From the NCBI RefSeq assembly GCF_055900595.2, contig NZ_CM148325.1: a stretch of DNA of 64,000 bases; one strand, given 5' to 3'. Position 1 is the first letter of the stretch; every line of letters begins with the position of its first letter. The notes beneath the pieces are model-generated. The model was not told the origin of the DNA and ran no database searches. It saw nothing but the letters and a program-made list of their open reading frames with translations. A program made the position numbers and the translations under genes. Shown one piece after another: positions 49,743 through 61,300 of the stretch.

Positions 49743-51011
49743 TTATTGATTAAAGGCGGCGTGTAAGGCATCCACACTACGTGCCGCTCGCAGCGTGCGT
49801 CCGGGGTTACTCTGGCTTGCCAACAGCGTTTGTACCTTGCTGACAATATGCGCACCAATAGGAATTGCTGATGTCGCTGCCGGGGAGGGCGCATTGCAGG
49901 TGTGGATCGTGCGCGGGGTGGTGACAAACAGAAAATCGTCAATCAGCTTGCCGTCCGGCGATACTGCCTGCGCCCGCACACCGGCGGGCCAGGGCTGGAG
50001 ATCGCTTAACGAAAGCCCGGGACAATACTTTTGCACCAGCCGCAGATAGCCGCTTTTGCACAGCGAGTTTTTCATCTCGCCCAGTCCTGAGCGTAGATGG
50101 TTTTGCAGCACCCGGCGAATCCCCGACGAGCCCAAAATCTCCAGCGTGTCGCTAAATGAGAAGTCGCGCTTGCGATAGCCTTCGCGTTTGAACGCCAGCA
50201 CTGCGTTTGGCCCAACGGTCACGCTGCCCTCGATCATACGAGTGAGATGCACGCCCAAAAACGGCATTGCCGGGTCGGGGATGGGGTAAATCAGATGGTT
50301 AACAATCTGGTTATGCGCCGGGGCAAGGCGGAAATATTCGCCACGGAACGGGCAAATGATAAAGCCCGGCTCGAGGCCGAGCATTTTCACCAGCCGGTCA
50401 GCCATCAGCCCGGAACAGCTAATCAGCGTCGATGCTTCATATTCACCGCCCTGACGGGTCCGTATCACCACGCCGTTTTTATGCTCACTGAGGGCGCTGA
50501 CTTCGGCGTTATAAATAATCTCACCGCCTCTGGCCTGGAAGATTTTTGCCATCGCCGCCGTTACTTCGCGGTAGCTGACGATGCCGCTGGACGGCACAAA
50601 AATGCCGCCAAGCCCGGTGATATTCGGTTCGCGCTCGCGCAGTTCCTCGGCGTTTAACCACTCGCGCTCGATCCCGTTCGCCGCCGTGCGTTCCCATAAA
50701 GCGCGCATCCGTTCCATTTCGAGTTCAGACGTGGCGACCAGCATCTTGCCGCAGTTGTCGTAGCGAATGCCGTTTTGATCGCAAAAGGCTTTAGTGGCGC
50801 GGTTTCCCGCCAGGCAAAACTGCGCCTTCAGGCTGCCGGGCGTGTAATAGACCCCAGCATGGATCACGCCGCTGTTGTGGCCCGTCTGGTGACAGGCCGG
50901 GCCGGACTCTTTTTCCAGCAACGCAATGCGGGCGTCCGGATAGACATCAATCAGTTGCATGGCGGTCGACATGCCAATGATGCCGCCGCCAATAATCACA
51001 AAATCATACAT
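49743..51011 (-). CDS. lhgO: L-2-hydroxyglutarate oxidase/dehydrogenase
   Basis: Probable start MYDFVIIGGGIIG at 51011 (FAD motif). Confidence 0.92.
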   Translation of the reverse strand: MYDFVIIGGGIIGMSTAMQLIDVYPDARIALLEKESGPACHQTGHNSGVIHAGVYYTPGSLKAQFCLAGNRATKAFCDQNGIRYDNCGKMLVATSELEMERMRALWERTAANGIEREWLNAEELREREPNITGLGGIFVPSSGIVSYREVTAAMAKIFQARGGEIIYNAEVSALSEHKNGVVIRTRQGGEYEASTLISCSGLMADRLVKMLGLEPGFIICPFRGEYFRLAPAHNQIVNHLIYPIPDPAMPFLGVHLTRMIEGSVTVGPNAVLAFKREGYRKRDFSFSDTLEILGSSGIRRVLQNHLRSGLGEMKNSLCKSGYLRLVQKYCPGLSLSDLQPWPAGVRAQAVSPDGKLIDDFLFVTTPRTIHTCNAPSPAATSAIPIGAHIVSKVQTLLASQSNPGRTLRAARSVDALHAAFNQ

Positions 51012-51030
51012 CCGCTCGATTCCTTTGCGC

Positions 51031-52122
<1,092 letters not shown>

Positions 52123-52342
52123 TTATTGTGATCAAAAGCAACAAATTAGTAACATTTAATGAAGGGTATTAAGGCAAAGGAGACAGGAAATGAATAACTA
52201 AAGCAACAGGTTAGGGAGAGCTACCATCAGAGAACAGATTATCTGGTCGATAAAAAACAGTAAATGGCTTCACTGCAAAATGACCGTTAGTAAACTAAAC
52301 ATATCATCTGCCCCGTTTTAGCGGGGCAGATATAACATTAAA

Positions 52343-54595
52343 TTACAAATAGAAATAGTTCGGCGGTTCTCCTGTTTTCCCTAAAAGAAGAGCGCTGCGC
52401 CCAGGAATATTGATATTTAGAGCTCCGCCTCTAAGCGTAAATACTTTACCAGGGGGAATACTTTTGCGTGTATTATTATTATTAATGGTAACGCTATTAC
52501 TCCCCATGTTTTTATATATTCCTGGTTGCAATTTGTTAGGCCAGGTACCTTCAACTTCTTCGTTTCCTTTATTTATTATAACTAGTCCATCATGAGGAGA
52601 GTGATTAATGTTCACAGAATCCCCACGACTAAAGGCCAGAACATTTTTAGTTGCAAATACACCCTCAAATGCGCTCCATATTCCTTCTTTATCTATATAT
52701 AATGCGTGGAATTCATTGTAGAGCTGCTGATAGGTAGAGCAACCTTTATTAAGCCACGCCTCACCGCCGACACGAGTGGACCCATCATCATTTTTAATCT
52801 CAGTCGTTGATTTTAATACCTGACCATCCCAGTAAACTAAAGGCCTGCTGAACGGGAGAGCGGCCATATATGCCATTGCTAATTGTTCATCTTGCTGATG
52901 GTTAAATAAAAAGTCATTGAAAAGATTACCATTGTTAGGGAAATCGTGGTTGATGTTAATCAATATCCGTCTTTCTGATGGGATGCTTGAGATTGCGGAA
53001 CCCGGTTTTGATGCAAGGGTTTGGAGATCTCCACCGAATGAAAAGGCTTGTATCGTCTTCATGAGCAATGAAAAATCAATGGCGCTTAAATCATCTCTTT
53101 CATAAAGCAGCGATGACATTTGTTGTTCATCTAACGGACAAGTTACCAGGTATTCCATGTAATTCATAACAGCTTTTTTTTGATATTTTGGATTAAATAA
53201 ATTTGTATTGTGCAACCGCTCATTATAATTTTTAAGCGGTGGGGTTATCGACCTCTCTATTTGTTCATGTTTTGAGTGTTTTGCTGCATCATAACGTAAA
53301 CCTCGTACGCCATATTTTCGCATTTCACGAACGTATTGATTTTGCAACATAATAACCTGGTCACTTTTGGGTGTTGTTTTAGGCATTCCATTTAAACGCT
53401 TTTCTTTTAATGCATGGAGGTTTTCCCATTCATCCTTAGAAATATTATCTTTACTTGCTTCGAAGTCTTTTGCAGTGAGATGTATATCTTCTGGATGGAT
53501 TTGGTCACGTTCTTTTGTTACTGGATCTATAATAAAGGGAATCAAGACCTGACCTTGCCAATAGCCAGGGATACCACTTTCTATATCTTTACTAATCTTC
53601 GCTCGTATATCGGCAGAGGGATAATCCAGATCATTTTTACCACTACCCCCGATTCCCATAAAGTTAAATGTATAATCAGGAATGATATCGATGCCAAATT
53701 TTTTGGCATCTTTAACCAATGCGATAAAATCCTGCAAATCTCCCATTGGATTATGGATGGTACAAAGATCTTCGGGTTGATAAGCGTGATACCAGTAACC
53801 TTTTTCTTCTTCAGGTGTTTCTGGTCCGTCGGCGCGGAAAGTTGTTACGGGAGGGATTTGTATATAACCATAATGGCAACGTGCAAACTCGGCCATATTT
53901 TTCCTGATTTGCTGGTAGGTGGCATTAAAAGCATGAAGAATCGCCTCGCCAGGTTTTTTGGGTGTGATGATTTCACATTGTGATTTCTGATCAGCAGTAA
54001 GAGATTTACGCTCAAGTGTTTGCCGTAGATGTTCTGGATTGATTAATATTTTAAATGTTTCTTGCTGGCCGGAAGGTGACGTTACGTTAATATTATATAC
54101 ATCAGCTGCCAGTTCATAGTCAGGAATGTTAATAGCATATGCAACATACTTATCTTTTGGAGACGGTTTGTCAGATATAATGTGAGTGAAATGTTCAGCT
54201 GGACCATACTGATGAACACCGCTGTTATCACCTCTTTCAATCATTGTATCTCGTTGATAAACCCATGTTTTTCCTTCTCCTATCCTGTCTGGCGCTGTAA
54301 TGCTACGCTGTGCTGCTTTATTCAACTCTCGGTAAGTTGTATCTGGAAAAAGGGAAATTTTATAATCGTTTTTTAACAGATCATTAATGACTTTTTCTGC
54401 GTGAAAAGTTGATATAATTTCTCTGTCTTTTAAATCCTGAGGATAAACTCCACAAGAATTAATAATATTTGTTATACAGTTCAGATATTCTAATGTATTT
54501 AATTTGGAATTTAGATCCCCGTCAGTAATGTTCCATGATAACAATGTGGGGTTGTCGATAGGTAAATTTCTTGGTCCTGGTTTTATAGAAAACAT
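52343..54595 (-). CDS. ygaQ: Uncharacterized 750-aa protein YgaQ (apparently intact); weak resemblance to GH13 alpha-amylase catalytic-region motifs
   Basis: Uninterrupted AT-rich ORF between csiD and tRNA-ileY; FGIDIIPDYTFNFMG segment is GH13-like but the function call is low-confidence. Confidence 0.6.
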   Translation of the reverse strand: MFSIKPGPRNLPIDNPTLLSWNITDGDLNSKLNTLEYLNCITNIINSCGVYPQDLKDREIISTFHAEKVINDLLKNDYKISLFPDTTYRELNKAAQRSITAPDRIGEGKTWVYQRDTMIERGDNSGVHQYGPAEHFTHIISDKPSPKDKYVAYAINIPDYELAADVYNINVTSPSGQQETFKILINPEHLRQTLERKSLTADQKSQCEIITPKKPGEAILHAFNATYQQIRKNMAEFARCHYGYIQIPPVTTFRADGPETPEEEKGYWYHAYQPEDLCTIHNPMGDLQDFIALVKDAKKFGIDIIPDYTFNFMGIGGSGKNDLDYPSADIRAKISKDIESGIPGYWQGQVLIPFIIDPVTKERDQIHPEDIHLTAKDFEASKDNISKDEWENLHALKEKRLNGMPKTTPKSDQVIMLQNQYVREMRKYGVRGLRYDAAKHSKHEQIERSITPPLKNYNERLHNTNLFNPKYQKKAVMNYMEYLVTCPLDEQQMSSLLYERDDLSAIDFSLLMKTIQAFSFGGDLQTLASKPGSAISSIPSERRILININHDFPNNGNLFNDFLFNHQQDEQLAMAYMAALPFSRPLVYWDGQVLKSTTEIKNDDGSTRVGGEAWLNKGCSTYQQLYNEFHALYIDKEGIWSAFEGVFATKNVLAFSRGDSVNINHSPHDGLVIINKGNEEVEGTWPNKLQPGIYKNMGSNSVTINNNNTRKSIPPGKVFTLRGGALNINIPGRSALLLGKTGEPPNYFYL

Positions 54596-55154
54596 AATAA
54601 AGTTCCTCTAATGGTAGAGTAATATGGTGTATACGGAAACATAAAAATGTTTAATTGTTGTGAAAGTAATTGCAAACAGATGTCCTACTTTTATCCAATA
54701 TTTATATGGAAAAGGATAATGCTTAAATCTGTTTTTTTAATTATCGATGTGGTCTGGAGAGGCAACTGTCAAAAATCGCTCATACGAAACTAATGATTAG
54801 CAGAATAAGATCTATGAAAGAATATATTGCTATATGAAGTTTATTTTTATGGGGTGAAAAGTAACAGATATCATAATGATGCGAAAACTCTTCAGCTAAT
54901 GTAATAAAGTTATATTATTAGATACAAAATCATTACAAACTATCATTGAATCGATGGTAACTATAAATAGTGCTAAGTATTAGCATTTGCTTGTTGACTG
55001 AGAGTATCGACTTTGTGAATGGAAGCGGTGTCGGGTTTTATGTCGCAGGTAATGACGACCCAGGATGAATGAGAACGCATAAAAATCTGTTATTTACATC
55101 ATAAGATCATCATGTTTATTGCGTGGTTTATAAGTATTGTTATTGCATACTCAA

Positions 55155-55230
55155 GGCCCTTTAGCTCAGTGGTTAGAGCAGACGACTCATAATCGCCTGG
55201 TCGCTGGTTCAAGTCCAGCAAGGGCCACCA
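55155..55230 (+). tRNA. ileY: tRNA-Ile2 (CAT anticodon, lysidine-type)
   Basis: 76-nt GGCCCTTTAGCTCAGTGGTTAGAGCAGACGACTCATAATCGCCTGGTCGCTGGTTCAAGTCCAGCAAGGGCCACCA; identity as Ile2 rather than Met inferred from genomic position. Confidence 0.85.
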
Positions 55231-56054
55231 AATCAGCATTCACGTATCAGGAAGAGTTAAGGGTACAAGGGGTACTCGATGGCGGTCTATATTTCACGAC
55301 TAACGCCATTTCAAGGAAGAAGTGTGGTGGGTGGTTTCGAATGAGGGCTGGTGTTTTGGTACGTGGCACGCCACTGCAATGTATTTATCCATCAGTACTC
55401 ATTCAAAAGTACCTGGAAAAAATGCCCGCTATGCCAAGCGGGCAAATTGCTTACATGTGGAATTAAGTAATTAACGATAAAGCCAGAGTATTATCATTTA
55501 TTATACCCATTCATTTAATCAGGTTAATTACTCAAATCACTGAACTATTCTCTGTTCGCTCACTTATGCTGAGTGAGTACCACGACCAATGTATGTAGAA
55601 CAATGCCGTAGAGTAAGGATGAAATGTCTCTGCCACGCCTTAAACATCTACTACTGACTAGAACCGCCGTCGCATGCAGAAGAGTCTTGTGAGCGTTACA
55701 GGAGTCTGGCTTTGCTCATTAATCAACGCTATTTAGATATAAATTTCTAATACTCGAAAAACGATTTTCACAAATAAATTATAACGGGTGGTTTTTATCA
55801 TACAGCGAAATAACCTTTTGTTTATTAAATTTAACATTCCTGTGCTAAATTAATTAAAAGTACCATGTGTAGCATATGAAGCTGTTAATGCCAGCAATTG
55901 TCTCAAATGAGCGATTTTTTATAGTGACAAACAATAATAACATTAAAAATAGTCATGTAGACATTAACTGAGGAAAAGACAATGTTAGTTAGTAATTAAC
56001 ACTAGCACATTTATAAATAGTGGAAATTGTAATGAAAGAAAATCTTCTAAATCC

Positions 56055-57425
56055 ATGGAGTTACTAGCTTATAGTATTATAAAATTAATTTGTAAAGAAG
56101 CTGCCTCAGGGACGTATAACGGTGCTCTTGAAATTTTACAAAAAATGATGTCTGAATGTAAATATCATGAAGGCAATGCTTTTGTCATTATGGGAGCCGG
56201 AGAACAATTAAAACGTATTAAATATGATGCTAATGAAAATAAATTAAAAGTAAACAACGTACACTTTGATAATAATCAAGAGTTAGTTGCTGATGGTGAG
56301 CCTGACGTAGTATTTTTAAAAAAAACGGTGTGGGAAGACCTTCTCGTTAAACTAAAGCTGGAGAACAAAGAAAATGCGGTTTCTGAAATTAACCTGTCAT
56401 CTAATAAAAATAATGTTGATCAGTTTATTGAATGCGCTAAGAGAAATGAACAGACCCTATTCGACAATATAAGAAAAAGTGATTTTCATGTTGCTTCACT
56501 TCAGCCAGGTAGAACGCGTAGTGTTATTTCAGAAACGCCGCCAAATGACTGTATGGAATCACCTAATTTATATGAAAACCACACAGATAAGGTTTCAACT
56601 GTAACTAAAAATTCTCAGCAAGTTAAAGGTCACTATGGAGATAAGTTGAAAGAAATGCAGTTGTTCCTCAACCAGATGAGCAATGCACTTCAACAGGATT
56701 CATCTTTGTTAGAGTCAAAGGAACACACCATAGATATTCAAGAAAAAACGAATAAGTTTGTGCAGCATTTTCAGCGGGTATTATTTGATAAAAATGGAAG
56801 GTCATCAGAGTTTCTACTTAATTTTTATGAGTGTTGCTATAAGTTTTTACCAAGAGCGCAGCCTCAAGATAAAATCGATAGCTATAATTCAGCACTGCAA
56901 GCTTTTTCCATCTTTTGTTCATCTACGTTGACACATAATAATGTAGGGTTTAATTTCAAATTATTTCCAGAAGTCAAGCTGTCTGGAGGAGATCTTGAAA
57001 CGGTATTCAAATACAAAAATGGCAATTTTGTCTGGGAGATAGCCAGAATTAAAATTACTCTCCCAAAAGAAGAGGGTGGTTTATATAATTTAGGTGGATT
57101 GGACTTTAAGGGGTGCTTCTTTTCTGGACAGAACTTCAGTAACTATGATATTAAATATGTGAACTGGGGGACGTCATTGTTTGATGTTGATACTCCGTGT
57201 ATTTTTAATACGCCTGCTAACAATGAGAGTTATGAAAAATCATTAAAGCCTGTGAGCGAAAACGGTTTAAATGGAGTCTTATCTGATCGTAATAAAAAAA
57301 TAAAAATGATCACGGGCGTGGCACCATTCGATGGTATTTCATCTATGGATGATGACTTTGATGATAGTTCCTCTGAGGATGAGCCCGTTGAGAATAGTCC
57401 TGTTGTGACTAGGCCCCTTGTATAA
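56055..57425 (+). CDS. Hypothetical 456-aa protein, very AT-rich, with pentapeptide-repeat-like segment and acidic Asp/Glu/Ser-rich C-terminal tail (occupies the ypjB/ypjC-like position)
   Basis: Long uninterrupted ORF in an AT-rich island; LYNLGGLDFKGCFFSGQNFSNYDIKYVNW repeat-like block; tail SSMDDDFDDSSSEDEPVENS. Confidence 0.55.
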   Translation: MELLAYSIIKLICKEAASGTYNGALEILQKMMSECKYHEGNAFVIMGAGEQLKRIKYDANENKLKVNNVHFDNNQELVADGEPDVVFLKKTVWEDLLVKLKLENKENAVSEINLSSNKNNVDQFIECAKRNEQTLFDNIRKSDFHVASLQPGRTRSVISETPPNDCMESPNLYENHTDKVSTVTKNSQQVKGHYGDKLKEMQLFLNQMSNALQQDSSLLESKEHTIDIQEKTNKFVQHFQRVLFDKNGRSSEFLLNFYECCYKFLPRAQPQDKIDSYNSALQAFSIFCSSTLTHNNVGFNFKLFPEVKLSGGDLETVFKYKNGNFVWEIARIKITLPKEEGGLYNLGGLDFKGCFFSGQNFSNYDIKYVNWGTSLFDVDTPCIFNTPANNESYEKSLKPVSENGLNGVLSDRNKKIKMITGVAPFDGISSMDDDFDDSSSEDEPVENSPVVTRPLV

Positions 57426-57741
57426 AGTTCTAAAAGCAGTTTTCAATGATAAATAAATGGCGATTTTTACAAAGAGATAATAACGTAGATTGAAATAATA
57501 TGTATTATTGATTGAGTAAACGGGATTATTCTTCACACTGCATCCATTTTGCTGTCACTACCAAAGTAAAAGGGGCCACGCTTTCACGTAACCCCTTGAT
57601 TTATTTGATAAGTTTGCGGTGTCTGAACTGGTGCTGTAATTGGTTGAAATATTTCATCTAATGTCTGGTTCAACTTTCCTTAGCTGCCTGAAAGTTTTTT
57701 TGATATTACCCATCAATAATAGGGTGACGGTGTACCACGCC

Positions 57742-57960
57742 TGACTGATGAACTGCGTGCTCAGAGTTACCACTTCAGCGCATAACCGTGGCAGCAGGCC
57801 CGGACAGAACAAACGGCTCAGGACATTATCGGTAGGGGACGTACTGGTAGTCTGTAAACTAAACCGACTGGGGCGCAGTATGCGGCATCTTGCCGTGCTG
57901 TTGGAGGAGCTGTGAGAACGTGGTATTAACTTTCGTGCTCTGACTCTACCAATATTTGCC
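57742..57960 (+). pseudogene. pinH: Serine recombinase (Pin/Hin-type DNA invertase) fragment with in-frame TGA and no intact N- or C-terminus
   Basis: Translation ...RPGQNKRLRTLSVGDVLVVCKLNRLGRSMRHLAVLLEEL*ERGINFRALT matches the conserved GDxLVVxKLDRLGRS...ERGxxFxxLT resolvase core; TGA at 57913-57915. Confidence 0.7.
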
Positions 57961-58352
57961 CAACAATGGGGGGACGAAAGCTGTAAAAGTAAAACAATCT
58001 GCAATCTCAATATTATTGTGTGATTTTTATGTGAGCAGAAGATATTCATCAGAAACGATTATGTAAATCATTTTATTTTTCCGACGGCTTCAATGTCGAA
58101 AGAAAAGAATACGCCCGTATTTCCTGAATAGATTGACTTTTTTATCCAACCACACTTCAGCGCACTGCGTTTAAAAAATGCCTCTTTCTTATGCGGAATA
58201 TCATCATTTCATCATGATGTCTTTGATGAGCGGTGAACACAATACACTTGCGCTGTCTCTTCAGGATTAATCCCCTGGTCTGGTGCCTGTGGGCTGATGT
58301 TGCAGCAGAGCTAAGGTTGCTTAAACGCTACTCAGTATTCACTTTTCAGAGG

Positions 58353-61300
58353 ATGAAATTTATGAACAGGACCAGTCCCCATTATTGTCGTCGCTCAGTA
58401 CTTTCCTTACTGATATCTGCCTTGATATATGCTCCGCCCGGGATGGCGGCCTTTACCTCTAATGTTATTGGTGTGGTAAACGATGAGACTGTAGATGGTA
58501 GCCAAAAAGTAGATGAACGAGGTACAACAAATAACACTCATATTATCAACCACGGTTATCAGGATGTTTATGGCGGGGTATCTAATGGAAGTATTATTGA
58601 ATCTGGTGGCCGTCAATATGTATCAGCCAATGGTACTCATCAGGGGCAGGCCAATAATACAGTCATTAACGGTGGCAGCCAGACAATTCTGGACGGGGGA
58701 ATTTCCACAGGGACGATAATCCAGAGTGGCAGTCAGTATGTTTATGCAGGTGGTACCAGTAATGCAACAACGATAATAAGCGGTCGTTCAACAGTAATGG
58801 GGGGAACTGCGAATGGAACAATAATTAATGGTGGGAGCCAGTCAGTATCGAGTCAGGGGCGTGTTGACGGTACGACGATAAATATGTCCGGGCATCAGGA
58901 GATTACGCAAGGAAGTCTGGCAACGAACACAACAATAGATGGGGGGTGGCAGTATGTGGACTCAAGCAGTGTAGAAAATACTACCATTAAGAATGGAGGC
59001 GAGCAAAGAACAGTTAAGAGCCATGCGCTGAACACCACAATAGATGGTGGTCTACAGGTTGTCGATTCAAGTACCGCAGAAATAACCACCATTAAGAGTG
59101 GAGGAACGCAACAATTAAATAACAGCCAGGCTATGTTCACCACGATTGAAGGCGGAACTCAGTCTATGAATAGTAAGTCAACGGCAAAAAATACTCAGAT
59201 CTATTCTGGTGGTACGCAAATTGTTGATAACACCAGCACCTCGGATGTTATTGAAATTTATTCCGGTGGCGTGCTTGATGTTAGAGGTGGTATGGCAACA
59301 AATGTTACTCAGCACGATGGCGCGGCTTTAAAAGCAATGACTGACTGGTCGACGGTGAGCGGTACGAATAGTGAAGGTGCATTCTCTATTCACAATAACG
59401 TGGCAGACAATGTGTTGCTGGAAAACGGTGGCCATTTAGACGTATATGGTTCGGCAAACAAGACGATTATTAAAGATAAAGGAACAATGTCAGTTTTAGC
59501 GAATGCTAAAGCTGATGCGACCCGAATAGATAATGGCGGGGTTATGGATGTTGCCGGAAACGCGACCAATACCATAATTAATGGTGGCACACAGAATATA
59601 AATAATCATGGTATTGCCACGGGAACCAATATCAACAGCGGAACACAAAATATCAAGAGCGGCGGGAAAGCTGACACGACAAATATCTCCTCCGGGAGCC
59701 GGCAGGTTGTTGAGAAAGATGGTACGGCAACTGGCAGCAATATTAGCACCGGAGGCTCGCTGATTGTCTATACCGGTGGTATCGCACATGGGGTTAACCA
59801 GGAGACGGGCAGTGCTTTAGTTGCCAACACGGGCGCAGGGACTGATATTGAAGGATACAACAAGCTCTCTCACTTCACTATTACCGGAGGGGAGGCTAAT
59901 TATGTTGTGCTGGAAAATACCGGCGAACTGACGGTAGTGGCTAAAACCACGGCGAAAAATACTACCGTTGATGCCGGCGGTAAGCTGATTGTCCAGAAGG
60001 AGGCTAAAACAGATACCACCAGACTTAATAATGGTGGCGTTCTGGAGGTTCAGGACGGTGGTGAGGCTAAGCATGTTGAGCAACAATCCGGCGGCGCATT
60101 AATTGCTTCCACGACTTCCGGAACACTTATCGAAGGAACCAACAGTTATGGTGATGCTTTCTACATCAGGAATTCAGAAGCTAAAAATGTAGTGCTGGAA
60201 AACGCTGGCTCATTAACAGTCGTTACTGGTTCCCGGGCAGTTGATACGATTATTAATGCCAACGGCAAAATGGATGTTTATGGAAAAGATGTTGGCACTG
60301 TACTCAATAGTGCGGGCACCCAAACAATATATGCCAGTGCCACTTCTGATAAAGCAAATATCAAAGGTGGCAAGCAAACGGTATATGGTTTAGCCACTGA
60401 GGCAAATATCGAAAGTGGTGAACAAATTGTTGATGGTGGGTCAACAGATAAAACGCACATCAAAGGCGGCACGCAAACCGTTCAGAATTATGGTAAGGCG
60501 ATCAATACCGATATCGTCTCTGGCCTGCAACAAATTATGGCAAACGGGACAGCGGAAGGTTCCATTATTAATGGCGGTTCACAGGTAGTTAATGAGGGCG
60601 GTCTGGCTGAAAACTCGGTACTTAATGACGGCGGCACACTCGATGTGCGGGAGAAAGGCAGCGCTACGGGGATACAGCAGAGTAGCCAGGGCGCGCTGGT
60701 GGCAACCACCAGGGCGACGCGGGTCACAGGGACACGCGCTGATGGCGTCGCGTTCAGCATCGAGCAGGATGCGGCGAACAATATCCTGCTGGCAAATGGC
60801 GGCGTGTTAACCGTGGAGTCAGACACCACTTCCGCCAAAACACAGGTCAATGCGGGCGGACGGGAGATCGTCAAAACAAAAGCCACTGCGACTGGCACGA
60901 TGCTTACCGGCGGTGAACAAATCGTCGAGGGTGTGGCGAATGAGACAACGATTAACGACGGCGGAATACAAACAGTTTCGGCTAACGGTGAGGCAGTAAA
61001 AACAACGATTAATGAAGGCGGTACGCTGACAGTCAACGATAATGGCAAAGCGACAGATATCATCCAGAACAGCGGTGCCGCTCTCCAGACGAGCACGGCT
61101 AACGGTATTGAAATCAGCGGTACTCACCAGTATGGCACCTTTTCCATTGCCGGAAATTTAGCGACCAATGTGCTGCTGGAAAATGGCGGTAATTTATTGG
61201 TATTAGCAGGTACCGAAGCTCGCGATTCCACGGTTGGCAACGGTGGGGCAATGCAAAACCTGGGTCAGGACTTCGCCACAAAGGTTAATTCCGGTGGGCA

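Noticed and set aside
55137-55466. 109-aa ORF overlapping tRNA-ileY
   Set aside because: Reads straight through the tRNA sequence; artefact of ORF calling
57654-58049. 131-aa minus-strand ORF
   Set aside because: Overlaps the recombinase remnant on the opposite strand; no motif support
60488-61096. 202-aa minus-strand ORF and other antisense ORFs inside the autotransporter gene
   Set aside because: Antisense to the repetitive passenger region; repeats generate long open frames on both strands
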